Positions 44,395-53,387 of a stretch of DNA of 64,000 nucleotides are shown here, piece by piece (position 1 is the first letter of the stretch; every line of letters begins with the position of its first letter). The notes beneath the pieces are model-generated. The model was not told the DNA's origin and made no database searches. It worked only from the letters and a program-made list of their open reading frames with translations. The position numbers were made by a program, and so were the translations under genes. Origin of the DNA: a virus; IMG/VR virus record IMGVR_UViG_3300046810_000166, positions 29,689 to 93,688 of that record. The stretch is one strand, 5' to 3'.

Positions 44395-44410
44395 ATCATG
44401 CCGTCACGAC
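44395..44410 (-). promoter_or_regulatory. Late promoter motif
   Basis: GTCGTGAC-gg-CATGAT. Confidence 0.7.
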
Positions 44411-44955
44411 CGGGGATATTGAAGCAGGTAAATCAGGCGCTCCATGGCGCGCCGTGCGGTCAGGCCGGCCAGCACGCGGCCGCCCGCCTTGTTCCACAGC
44501 CGGAAGGCGTCAGCGGCCGCCTGCAGCTGGCCGCGCGTGGTGAAGCGGCAGACCGAGGAGGCGCCGAACGCGCCCAGCCCGATGTTGTAGGCGAGGCTGG
44601 TGCAGGCGGATGCGCGCTCGGGCTCCAGCTGGTGCAGGGCCGGGCACTTCGCATAGACCTTGGCGAGGAACAGCACCAGCTTGTGCCGCAGGCGCAGCTC
44701 GGCGTAGTCGCGGGTCCACACGTCGCCCTCCTTGACGCCCTCGGTTTCGCCGTAGCCGTTGGTCCACGGCGCCCCGGACAGGTCGCGCAGGTCGGCCGGG
44801 ATCTCGGCCTTGCCGGCCATGTAGGCCCGGATCAGGCCAGCCTTGGCCAGCGCCACGTAGAGCGGCGAGGCCGGGTCCGGGTAGGCGCGCAGCGCCAGCC
44901 CCTCGGACCCCTTGACCGATCCCACCAGCAGCTCGAAGGCTTCGGAGGGCTTCAC
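44404..44955 (-). CDS. Endolysin (GH24 lysozyme)
   Basis: EG..L.AY.D...PWT.GYG.T...S.AYNIG..AF..S...F..WNKAGG.VL.GL..RR..E; GTG start overlapping the holin stop. Confidence 0.9.
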   Translation of the reverse strand: MKPSEAFELLVGSVKGSEGLALRAYPDPASPLYVALAKAGLIRAYMAGKAEIPADLRDLSGAPWTNGYGETEGVKEGDVWTRDYAELRLRHKLVLFLAKVYAKCPALHQLEPERASACTSLAYNIGLGAFGASSVCRFTTRGQLQAAADAFRLWNKAGGRVLAGLTARRAMERLIYLLQYPRS

Positions 44956-45461
44956 TTCTTGCCCTTCTCGAACGTGCGCCCCACGAACCAGAAGCCAAGG
45001 ATGCCCCACAGGATCGCAGCATCATCCGGGCTCCAGCACTGGATGATCGACACCCATGGGTCGGTCGTGCGCAGCGCCACCACGATCATGGCTGTCTTGA
45101 CGATGCCGTAGCAGCCGAGGAAGTAGTAGGTGGTGAGCGGGCGCACCAGCACGTTGAGGGCGTCGACCCACCACACGCCCACCTTCTGCATCTGGTCGTG
45201 CAGGGCCTGCGCGGTGGCGTCCATCGCCTTGAGGGCGAAGTTGATGTCGCCGGTCAGCTGGGCCTCGCTCATGGCGGCGGCGTGCTGCGCGCCGATCTCG
45301 GCGGTGCGATTGGCGCCTTTCAGCTGTTCCAGCTGGACCTGCTTGTCCATCATGGCCAGCTCATGGCTGTTATCGGTTTTCTTGTTGAGGAGCGCCAGCA
45401 GCTCGGGCAGCAGGCGCAGCAGGCCGCCACCGAGGGCGGACAGGATGGAAATCAAGGTCAT
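44952..45461 (-). CDS. Putative holin (3TM-holin-like)
   Basis: VRP..TY...I.GFWF.GR.FEK; TM segments; upstream of the endolysin. Confidence 0.7.
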   Translation of the reverse strand: MTLISILSALGGGLLRLLPELLALLNKKTDNSHELAMMDKQVQLEQLKGANRTAEIGAQHAAAMSEAQLTGDINFALKAMDATAQALHDQMQKVGVWWVDALNVLVRPLTTYYFLGCYGIVKTAMIVVALRTTDPWVSIIQCWSPDDAAILWGILGFWFVGRTFEKGKK

Positions 45462-45512
45462 GGAGGACTCCAGAAAGACACCGCCCCGGCGAACCGGGGC
45501 GGGAGGTTTGAC

Positions 45513-45947
45513 TTACAGGCCGGTGCCGGATACGTCGATCGCCATGAATTGCGCGTTCGAGGTCACGATGCGGTGCGCCACCACCTCGGTGTCGCCGGAC
45601 ACGTAGGTGCAGCCGGTGTACTTGCGCAGCACGTCGCTTTCGTCCTTGCCGTAGGTGGTGATGTCGAACACGCGGCCCTTGAGCACGGCGTCGGCATTCT
45701 CGGCGTAGATGCCCGCGTTGCGGGTCAGCTCCTTGAGCAGCACCATCTTGGACACGCTGACCGAGTGGCGCGCTTGCCCCGGCACGTACTCGACCACGTG
45801 GGCGTCGCCGATGCCGCTGGCGCCTTCGTGGCCGTAGTCGTCGCTGGAGCGCACGCTTTGGACCAGTCCGATATCGATGCCGCCGAACGAAATCACGGTG
45901 CGATTGCCCGAGCGGACCTTGAGGTTAGTTTGCAGGTTTGCAGACAT
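45513..45947 (-). CDS. Tail tube protein
   Basis: 144 aa directly after the sheath; G.VQS...D.G.....IG.....E.VP. Confidence 0.8.
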   Translation of the reverse strand: MSANLQTNLKVRSGNRTVISFGGIDIGLVQSVRSSDDYGHEGASGIGDAHVVEYVPGQARHSVSVSKMVLLKELTRNAGIYAENADAVLKGRVFDITTYGKDESDVLRKYTGCTYVSGDTEVVAHRIVTSNAQFMAIDVSGTGL

Positions 45948-45961
45948 TCTTTACTCCGGTG

Positions 45962-47677
45962 TTATGCCGAGGCCGTGCCGCTGTACGGGACAGCGGAAAC
46001 GGTCTGCAGCACGTAGTTGGCGGGCAGCACGATGCTGGCCTCGTATTGCACCTTGATGGCGGTGCCTTCGATGTAGCCGCGCAGCTTGCGATACGGCGGG
46101 TTGGCTTCGTCGCCGACCAGCACGCCCGGACCCATCGGTTCCGGCACGGCGGCCGCTTTCAACGCGCCCTCGGCACGCGCCAGCGCATCCTGCAGCGCCA
46201 GCGGTCCCAGCTTGCCGCCACGGACGCCGTCGACGGCTTCCTGCACGCTACGGCGCACGAAGTCGGCACCGGCGCCCACGGACACCTCGGTGCGGGTGTA
46301 TTCGTCGCCCGAGGTGTAGGTGGTGATGGACTGGACCACCTTGACGGTGCCGTTGTCGTTCTCCAGCGGCAGCACGCCGGCCTGCAGCAGCAGGTCGGTG
46401 TCGGTCGGCACGGACAGCTCGCGCTCGACACCCTGCACCTTGATCGACTTGCCGGTCAGCGGGGTGCCCGGCGTGACGCCGGCGGCCATGCCAGCCAGCA
46501 GCGCGGCGGTGACGTAGGCCGGGTACAGCGTGAGCTTGTTCTGGCCGTTGTAGTCGTAGATGCCGAGGTGCGCATGGGCGACGCGCTCGGCGTTCAGCAC
46601 GCGCGCGGCGTCCATCGCGACGGTGTCGGCGATGCCGATGTCGCCGCCGGTGAAGGCGCGACGGAAGCGCTTGGTGGTGCCGGACACGAACGCGCAGTGC
46701 GCGCTGGCCATGGCCCACACGGCCGGCAGCGGCGACAGCGGGGCGATCCACTGCACGTCCGCCTTCTTGAGCTCATCGAACGCGGCCTGCCATTCGGCGT
46801 TGGTCACCACGCCATCGGAAGCGCCCGACAGGTAGGTGAAGGCGATGTTGGCTGGGACCGCGCCCGCGCCGACCGCGCGTTCGGCGGTGACGAAGCCTTC
46901 GCCGGCACTGTTCAGCCAGTCGATGCAGGCCTGCAGGTGGGCGGTGACGACCACCAGCGCGCCCTTGGCGTCGGCGTTGGCGGCGAAGTCCAGACCGTTC
47001 AGGGCCGGCTGGGTGCCGCTGCCATCGAGCACGTTGGCGGTGAAGCCCGGCACGGTGTTGATGCGGTCGACCAGCTCCTGCACGGTCGGGAAGTCGTTCA
47101 GGTCCAGCGCGGCGGTGTTGGCGCCATAGGCGAGCGTGACGGCATCGGTGGCCACGGTAACGGTGGCAGTCGCCTCCGCGCCGGCGTAGCGCACCGAAAA
47201 GGCGTTGCGCGCGACGTTGTCGGCGCTGGCGTAGTTGTTGCCCAGCTGGGTGGTCAGCTTCTTGCCGGCGATCGAGCCGGATTCCACCTTGACCTTGATC
47301 TGGTTGTTCGGGCGGCCGTAGTCGGTCGACTTGAGGTTGATCGCGGCGGTGTTGGCGCCATCCTTGAGCACCAGCGCGGCCTGCGTCGCCGGGTTCACGC
47401 GGACGAATGCGAGCTTCGAGGGCACGCCGGTTTCGCTGGACGGATCGAAGGCCTTTTCGATCGCTTTCAGCAGGATGTCGTCGCCCTTGAGGGCGGCGCG
47501 CGCTTCCTCGGCCGAGCCGAAGTAAAGCACGGTGAGCGGCTTGCCGCCATTGGCGCGGCCGATCAGCGCGGCCACGTTGCCGGTGCCGGCGCCACGGTTA
47601 TACATGGCCGAATCATCGATGATCGACGCACTTGCGGGCGTGATCAGCTGGCGGCCGCCAAAAAATACTTTGGACAT
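45962..47677 (-). CDS. Contractile tail sheath protein
   Basis: 571 aa; PLT.K.I...E......D.L...GV..L......VV..ITT C-terminal sheath motif. Confidence 0.88.
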   Translation of the reverse strand: MSKVFFGGRQLITPASASIIDDSAMYNRGAGTGNVAALIGRANGGKPLTVLYFGSAEEARAALKGDDILLKAIEKAFDPSSETGVPSKLAFVRVNPATQAALVLKDGANTAAINLKSTDYGRPNNQIKVKVESGSIAGKKLTTQLGNNYASADNVARNAFSVRYAGAEATATVTVATDAVTLAYGANTAALDLNDFPTVQELVDRINTVPGFTANVLDGSGTQPALNGLDFAANADAKGALVVVTAHLQACIDWLNSAGEGFVTAERAVGAGAVPANIAFTYLSGASDGVVTNAEWQAAFDELKKADVQWIAPLSPLPAVWAMASAHCAFVSGTTKRFRRAFTGGDIGIADTVAMDAARVLNAERVAHAHLGIYDYNGQNKLTLYPAYVTAALLAGMAAGVTPGTPLTGKSIKVQGVERELSVPTDTDLLLQAGVLPLENDNGTVKVVQSITTYTSGDEYTRTEVSVGAGADFVRRSVQEAVDGVRGGKLGPLALQDALARAEGALKAAAVPEPMGPGVLVGDEANPPYRKLRGYIEGTAIKVQYEASIVLPANYVLQTVSAVPYSGTASA

Positions 47678-47686
47678 GGGTTCCCC

Positions 47687-47896
47687 TTATGCCGGGCGGT
47701 TGATGAACTGGTCGAAGCGGGCCGAGTAGGCCGGTGCCGTGTCGACCGTGCGGCCGGCGGCTGCTTCTTCCGAGTGGAAGGCGCCGATCAGCTCGACGCG
47801 GCGGTCGGATGCGGACAGGCGGGTGCAGTACTCGTCCAGCGACAGGGGGATCTCCTCGTCACCTTGGGGCGCTGCCTTGGCGGTTTCTTTTGCCAT
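47687..47896 (-). CDS. Small tail-associated protein
   Basis: GAGG RBS; upstream of the sheath. Confidence 0.55.
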   Translation of the reverse strand: MAKETAKAAPQGDEEIPLSLDEYCTRLSASDRRVELIGAFHSEEAAAGRTVDTAPAYSARFDQFINRPA

Positions 47897-47918
47897 TGCG
47901 TTCCTCTTAAAATCAGGA

Positions 47919-48746
47919 TTAATAAAAATCTGCCTCGGCGTCCCGCACAATCGGGGTCCGGGTTTCCACGGCAGCAGGAGCGACGCAGGTGAGCGTGCAC
48001 GTGGTCTGGTACATCGGGATCTCGTAGGTGTTCACATCGTCTATGTCGGCGAAATTCGGCTCGATCAGCGACAGGCCGGCGCCTTCGAGCACCGGCAGGT
48101 TGATCATCACGATCGCGTTCAGGGCCTTGCGCAGCAGGTTGCGGGCGTCGCCGTTGTTGCTCCAGACGATGATCAGGATCTGCACGCGCGCCAGCCAGCC
48201 CTCATTCGAGGCCACCATAGCGTCGTCACCGATCCCCACTGGCATGTCGCCGGCCAGCTGCTCGCCCACGAAGCGCTCGGCCGGGGCGTTGTTCTGCAGG
48301 TGCACCGACACGAACGGGAAGCTGGCGTTCTCCAGCGTCGGCGTGGCCAGCAGCACCGGGATATGCCCCTGCGGATGGCGCAGCGCGCCGCTCTTGACGA
48401 AGGCGGCGAAGCCGAGGTCCAGCCGCTCGCGCACCAGATCGAGGGCGTCCGGCGACAGGTCCGTGAAGGCGGCCGCCGGCGTCACGCTGCGCGATGGCAT
48501 CGCCACCCACTCGGTGCCGAACAGGTAGAAGGCGCGGTAGAAGTACTCGGTGTCATTGACCAGCGCGGTGGTGTCGATGAACTGGCGCTCCAGACCATCG
48601 AACACCACGTTGGCGCCGGCGTCGTCGGCGGCCGCGATCGTGTCGGCCCGCTTGCGCAGCACGCGGCAGCGCTCTGCCCCATCCGGCGGGGCGAGAAACA
48701 CCTGCACGGCATTACCGGCTGGCAGAGGGGCGAGGTAAGTGATCAT
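47919..48746 (-). CDS. Tail terminator / completion protein
   Basis: Synteny between neck and sheath; FP.VSV.L. Confidence 0.6.
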   Translation of the reverse strand: MITYLAPLPAGNAVQVFLAPPDGAERCRVLRKRADTIAAADDAGANVVFDGLERQFIDTTALVNDTEYFYRAFYLFGTEWVAMPSRSVTPAAAFTDLSPDALDLVRERLDLGFAAFVKSGALRHPQGHIPVLLATPTLENASFPFVSVHLQNNAPAERFVGEQLAGDMPVGIGDDAMVASNEGWLARVQILIIVWSNNGDARNLLRKALNAIVMINLPVLEGAGLSLIEPNFADIDDVNTYEIPMYQTTCTLTCVAPAAVETRTPIVRDAEADFY

Positions 48747-48752
48747 GCTGGC

Positions 48753-48768
48753 AGTGTCGCGTCACGAC
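48753..48768 (-). promoter_or_regulatory. Late promoter motif (leaderless)
   Basis: GTCGTGAC-gc-GACACT; ATG at 48746. Confidence 0.7.
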
Positions 48769-48781
48769 TTGCCAGCGGGGC

Positions 48782-49597
48782 CTATTTGAGGTGGGCGATC
48801 GCCTGCTCGAATACCTTGGGCGCCTCGATCGCCATGGCGTCGCGCACGTTCTTGGCGATGTACAGGCCCGGCTTGGCCGGCACGATCCAGCGGTCGGACT
48901 GCCACTCGCCCATGATGCGGAAGGTGAGGTAGGCGCTGCTCTTGCCCTTGCCGGCGCTGGTCTTGAAGCGCACCATGCCCGCATACAGGTCGGTCGCGTG
49001 GTGCGGCTTGGCCTTTTGGGCGAGGCCTGCCGGCAGCCGCCCTCCCCACTCGTAGGTCTGCTGCGGCACCATCACCGGCTTCTTGGTCTTGAGGCTGATG
49101 GCGCCGGTACCGGACGCGCGCTGCACGGTGCCGGTGATGATCGACGGGTCGAGCCGCTTGGCCTTGGCGTAAACCTCCTTCGGCATCGCCGGCGCCAGCG
49201 CGATGTTGCCGGGCGTGTTGTGCCGGAACGGGATGATCAGGTAGCGCTGGCCGGCATGCTTGCCGTGCTTGGCGATCCGCACCCGGCTGGAGGTGTTGAG
49301 GATCTTTTTCAGGTCGCGCGCCGGGCGCCCGCTCTCGATCGCCTCGGCCTGATCGTAGGACGCCATCACCACGCCCTCGAAGTCACTGGTGAGAATCCAG
49401 TTGATCGAGTCGATATAGGGCTGCTTCTCGCCCTGCCATAACTTGGCCTTGGCCACCGCATCCTTCCAGCGGTAGGCGGTTTCGGCCGCCACCGCCTTCA
49501 CCGCCTGATGGATGGTGGGCAGCACGTAGGCGTTGATCATGCTGCCGGCGCCACCCATCAGGCCGGATAGGTCGATCTTGACGCTGATTTTCTCCAT
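48782..49597 (-). CDS. Neck / tail completion protein
   Basis: IE.G...DLK...YLIIPFRH...Y.TFR.....W..P. Confidence 0.65.
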   Translation of the reverse strand: MEKISVKIDLSGLMGGAGSMINAYVLPTIHQAVKAVAAETAYRWKDAVAKAKLWQGEKQPYIDSINWILTSDFEGVVMASYDQAEAIESGRPARDLKKILNTSSRVRIAKHGKHAGQRYLIIPFRHNTPGNIALAPAMPKEVYAKAKRLDPSIITGTVQRASGTGAISLKTKKPVMVPQQTYEWGGRLPAGLAQKAKPHHATDLYAGMVRFKTSAGKGKSSAYLTFRIMGEWQSDRWIVPAKPGLYIAKNVRDAMAIEAPKVFEQAIAHLK

Positions 49598-50238
49598 CAG
49601 CTGTTGGCCAGCATGTCGAAGCGGCGCAGCACCACCTTGCGCGGCAGGCGCGCGCCGGCGTGGTGCGGGCGGTCCCACGGCGTATCGGGCAGGCAGAAAT
49701 ACTCGGCGCGGCGGCGCCCGGTGATGGCGAAGGTGACGCCATCGGGCACTTCGACGCCGGACCAGTCCAGCGAGCCGTCCGGGTTGATCATCGGCAGCGC
49801 GGCGTCGACCAGCTGGCCGCCCTGCAGGTACAGCACCTTTTCCAGCTCGACCACAGGGAAGTTGATGCGCTCGTTGACGCCCTTGACCACGTTCTGGCTG
49901 AATGGCTCGGTGCGATTCAGGAACAGCACGCGGTCGAATGGGCCGATGTCGTACAGGGGCGAGTCCTCGGGTACCGACACCACGATGTCGCCGCTGGCGT
50001 ACTGGCCGAAGTTCAGCCACTGCTTCTGCACGTTGCCGCCGGCGACGCCGGTGCGCGCGCCCACCTCGCCCTGCCACAGCCTGCCCTTGCCGGCGCAGTG
50101 GTCGCAATACGGGTCAGGCTGGCCCGAGGACGGGCTGACGCAGGGGCAGGCGGACGCCCGGCGCCAGCGCACGTCCTGCCCCATATCGTTGAGCAGGGTG
50201 TTAAATTCGCTTGGCTCGAAGTTCACAGAATCCCCCAT
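49597..50238 (-). CDS. Head closure protein
   Basis: F..L....GQ.V.W.RA..CPC.......CxxCxGxG. Confidence 0.65.
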   Translation of the reverse strand: MGDSVNFEPSEFNTLLNDMGQDVRWRRASACPCVSPSSGQPDPYCDHCAGKGRLWQGEVGARTGVAGGNVQKQWLNFGQYASGDIVVSVPEDSPLYDIGPFDRVLFLNRTEPFSQNVVKGVNERINFPVVELEKVLYLQGGQLVDAALPMINPDGSLDWSGVEVPDGVTFAITGRRRAEYFCLPDTPWDRPHHAGARLPRKVVLRRFDMLANS

Positions 50239-50975
50239 ACCGGGCCTTTGATGCGCTGGGCCAGCACTTCCAGCTCGGCGTCCAGCTCCTCGCGGAATTT
50301 GCCGGCGTCGATGCTCTTGGACTGCGACATGCCATCGGCCGAGATCGAGGCCGACTGCGGCGTGAATTTCAGGTAGCGCAGCATCGCCATGCGGTGAATC
50401 AGGTCCATGATGGCCGGCATGAACTCGCTCTCGGGCGTCAGGCCCGCGCGGTAGCGCACGCGCACCAGCTGCGGCACGTTGCCGCCGCGCGCCATCAGGT
50501 TGGCCGCCACCAGCGACGGCGCCAGCCCGGACGGCGTCGGCTTCGGTGCGAACTGGATCATGCCGGCTTTCAGGTCCGGGTAGATCCAGTCCAGCGGCAC
50601 GTCATAGATCGGCTCGTTGAAGGTCGGGTAGACGAATTTGACCGAGTGCACCTTGATCAAGGGGCGGCGAGCCAGCTTGATGGTGCCCCACTGGAAGCTG
50701 CCCAGCATGGCGCCGTCCAGATCGTAGCCGGGCTCCACCTCCCACTTGACGCCGTCCAGCGCCGCGATCTCGTCCTCGGTCGGCGGCACTACCGGGAACA
50801 CCTCGACCGGCTCCAGCGACACCATCAGGCGAGCCGCCACGTCGACCTCGGCGGCCTGCAGGTTGCGCCAGATCGAGGCGACGCCGGGCGTGACGCCGCC
50901 CATCAGGCCCTTGATCAGCGGCAGGCGCTCTTTTTCCATTTCCTCGATTGCCGAGGCCTTGTCCAGAATACTCAT
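50223..50975 (-). CDS. Head-tail adaptor protein
   Basis: V.YRAG...S.SADG.SQS motif; synteny. Confidence 0.65.
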   Translation of the reverse strand: MSILDKASAIEEMEKERLPLIKGLMGGVTPGVASIWRNLQAAEVDVAARLMVSLEPVEVFPVVPPTEDEIAALDGVKWEVEPGYDLDGAMLGSFQWGTIKLARRPLIKVHSVKFVYPTFNEPIYDVPLDWIYPDLKAGMIQFAPKPTPSGLAPSLVAANLMARGGNVPQLVRVRYRAGLTPESEFMPAIMDLIHRMAMLRYLKFTPQSASISADGMSQSKSIDAGKFREELDAELEVLAQRIKGPVWGIL

Positions 50976-51538
50976 TGATTTTCATCCCTATAGGCGAGGA
51001 ACTTGGGCAGCGTGAGCACCAGATTGATCAGGCGCCCGATGGTGCCGGTGCGGTTGTAGGTGGCGGCCGGGGCGTTCAGCACGGCGTCGGCGATCTCGGT
51101 GGCGCTCGGGCCGGACGTGCCGCCGCCGGCGCCGGTCGCGCTGGTGGTGGCGAAGGCGAGCGCCTTGGTCTGCATGACGAACACGCCCGGCACGCCGATC
51201 ACCTCGGCGCCCACGTTGCCGGTGATGACGTAGTTGCCCGGCTGCGGGAAGCGCAGACGCCAGCCGTTGAGCAGGTCGAGCGCATAGAAGCTGCCGCCGC
51301 CGCCCACGTCGATCGCGCGGAACGTGTGGATCACCGGCACACGCATCCCGAGCGGCGAGGCCTCCAGCACCCGCAGATCCTTGTGGAAGGCCACGATGTC
51401 GGTGATGCTGGCATTGCAGTCGATGATCCGGTTGTCCCAATCCGGCACCAGCTGGAAGGCGGCAGGGCTCATGGCGCTGTCCTCCGCGCCAATCACCTGC
51501 CCATCCCATGCGGGGATCTCGGGAGAGGTCACCTGCAT
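50972..51538 (-). CDS. Putative virion structural protein
   Basis: Late operon; LLNGW motif shared with the next gene. Confidence 0.55.
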   Translation of the reverse strand: MQVTSPEIPAWDGQVIGAEDSAMSPAAFQLVPDWDNRIIDCNASITDIVAFHKDLRVLEASPLGMRVPVIHTFRAIDVGGGGSFYALDLLNGWRLRFPQPGNYVITGNVGAEVIGVPGVFVMQTKALAFATTSATGAGGGTSGPSATEIADAVLNAPAATYNRTGTIGRLINLVLTLPKFLAYRDENQ

Positions 51539-51539
51539 G

Positions 51540-52970
51540 TTACTGGTCGCTGTTGCGGATCACGTTGATGGAGCCGCCGCTGGCGCCGACCGGGAAGGTC
51601 GTTTCAAACGGCTGGATCACCGCATCGTTGTTCCGCACGATCAGGCGCGCAGTGAACGGTGCGTTGTACAGGAAGGACGCCGACTCGCTGGTGGCCTGCG
51701 CCTTCTTGTAGATGAAGGGCACGAAGGCCGCCGTGTTGGCCGCCAGTGCGGTGCCGGTGGCGGCTTTCAGCGTGAACACCTTGCCGGCGCGGCTGCTGTA
51801 GTCGAAAGCGTAGTTGCCCACGCAGATCGTGCCGGCGTCCGGGGTATCGGCCGCCACGGCCTCGTTCACCGTGATTGCGGTGGCGGCGGCCGTGTGCGCA
51901 CCGGCCAGCGTGTACTCGTTCTGCAGGAAGGTGGCGCCGGTGTCGCGGCCGACCACCACCGCATCGCCCACGACAAGGTTGGAAATCTGGATCGAGACAC
52001 GGTTCGGCGGGGTCTGCGGGGTGCCGTCCGAGGCGGTCAGCTGGTAGTTCAGCGATTCGGACGGCAGCACACCGGCGATCTTCCAGCCGCGCGCCAGCAG
52101 CCACTTACCGCCCGAGAAGGAGCCCATCGGCGCCGCATCGTTCGGGGTGTAGTTGGCCAGCGCACGGAAGCGCCAGCCCTCGATGCCGTTGACCATCACC
52201 GCGCTGGTTTCCGAGCAGATCGCTTGGCAGTACTGGTAGGCCTCCTGCAGCGTGCAGCCGTTGGCCAGCGTGATGGTGGCGTCGTAGTTCTTGACGCCGT
52301 TGCCATTGCCGAGATCCAGCGTGGTGGCGCCGAAGCTGATGCTGACCTTGGGCGTGCCGCCGGCGCCCAGCGCCAGCGCGTTGGCCAGCGTCAGGGTGGC
52401 CGCGTTGTCGACGCTGGTGGCCAGTGCCGCCGAGTTCTCGCCGCCGGCGGTGAGGTCCACGTCGAAGGCCGAGAAGGTGTTGCCCCACTGGCGCGAGAAC
52501 ACGGTGACGGCGCCGCCGCTGATGAAGTTGCCGGCGGTCTTGGTCTTGACCATGATCTGGATATGGTCGTTCGGCCAGTACTTGCTCAGCTTGCCGGTGC
52601 CCTGCACCACGTAGATCGAGGAGTTCGGCACGATCGAGCCGATCGACTTGAGGCCCGAATACAGGGTGTTGCCGCTGGCCTGCTTGATCGAGCCCTTGCT
52701 GATGAACTGCGCCACCGAGTCGTCGATGTTGTAGCCGTTGATCAGGTTCAGGCGCGAGGCCACCAGTGGGTCGCGCGGGCCGTCCAGCTTGGACGGATTG
52801 GCCGAGCGGATCGACACCGCATCGTCGCCGCTGGAGGTCAGGTTATCGGCCAGATCCTGCAGGAAGGTATGCAGGTCCAGCACGCTGTAGATGGCCGCCG
52901 AAAACGGCGCCGCCGCGCGGCGGATGTTACCGGCCGCGTCGATTTGAAAGTCACGTGCATCAATAGCCAT
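51540..52970 (-). CDS. Putative virion structural (collar/fibre) protein
   Basis: Beta-rich 476 aa; YSVLDLH.FLQDL.D...LINGYNI. Confidence 0.6.
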   Translation of the reverse strand: MAIDARDFQIDAAGNIRRAAAPFSAAIYSVLDLHTFLQDLADNLTSSGDDAVSIRSANPSKLDGPRDPLVASRLNLINGYNIDDSVAQFISKGSIKQASGNTLYSGLKSIGSIVPNSSIYVVQGTGKLSKYWPNDHIQIMVKTKTAGNFISGGAVTVFSRQWGNTFSAFDVDLTAGGENSAALATSVDNAATLTLANALALGAGGTPKVSISFGATTLDLGNGNGVKNYDATITLANGCTLQEAYQYCQAICSETSAVMVNGIEGWRFRALANYTPNDAAPMGSFSGGKWLLARGWKIAGVLPSESLNYQLTASDGTPQTPPNRVSIQISNLVVGDAVVVGRDTGATFLQNEYTLAGAHTAAATAITVNEAVAADTPDAGTICVGNYAFDYSSRAGKVFTLKAATGTALAANTAAFVPFIYKKAQATSESASFLYNAPFTARLIVRNNDAVIQPFETTFPVGASGGSINVIRNSDQ

Positions 52971-52973
52971 GCG

Positions 52974-53384
52974 TCATTCATCCAGAAGTTGGTTAATAAA
53001 GATCGACTGCGCCCCGACTGTTGCCGTGGTCTGTGTCTCGTAGGGCTGGTAATACGGCGAGGAGCTGCCCTTGCGCGCCTTGATGCGAAGCTCGTTGCGC
53101 GGGCTGCCGGACGGGTACACCGGGATCGTGAGCGTGACGGCGGCGCCGGTCGCGATGTCCGCCACGACCAGCTCGCCGGTGGATATGACCTCCACTTCGT
53201 AGGTCGATCCGGCCACGATGTTGCGCAGGACCAGCGTCATCGTGCCGGTCGAGTCGGTGTCCAGCAGCTCGTTGGCGATCGAGAACAGGCCGCCCGACTC
53301 GGCGCGGCCGCGCACCCCGTCCGGCGGCTCATAGACTGTGCTGGACAGCACTGGAATAAACGGGATGATGGCGAAGTGCGTCAT
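52974..53384 (-). CDS. Putative structural protein (Ig-like)
   Basis: Beta-rich ORF in the late operon. Confidence 0.55.
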   Translation of the reverse strand: MTHFAIIPFIPVLSSTVYEPPDGVRGRAESGGLFSIANELLDTDSTGTMTLVLRNIVAGSTYEVEVISTGELVVADIATGAAVTLTIPVYPSGSPRNELRIKARKGSSSPYYQPYETQTTATVGAQSIFINQLLDE

Positions 53385-53387
53385 GCC

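Noticed and set aside
45513-47677. Tailocin / contractile injection system
   Set aside because: Portal, protease and capsid genes are present, so this is a complete phage
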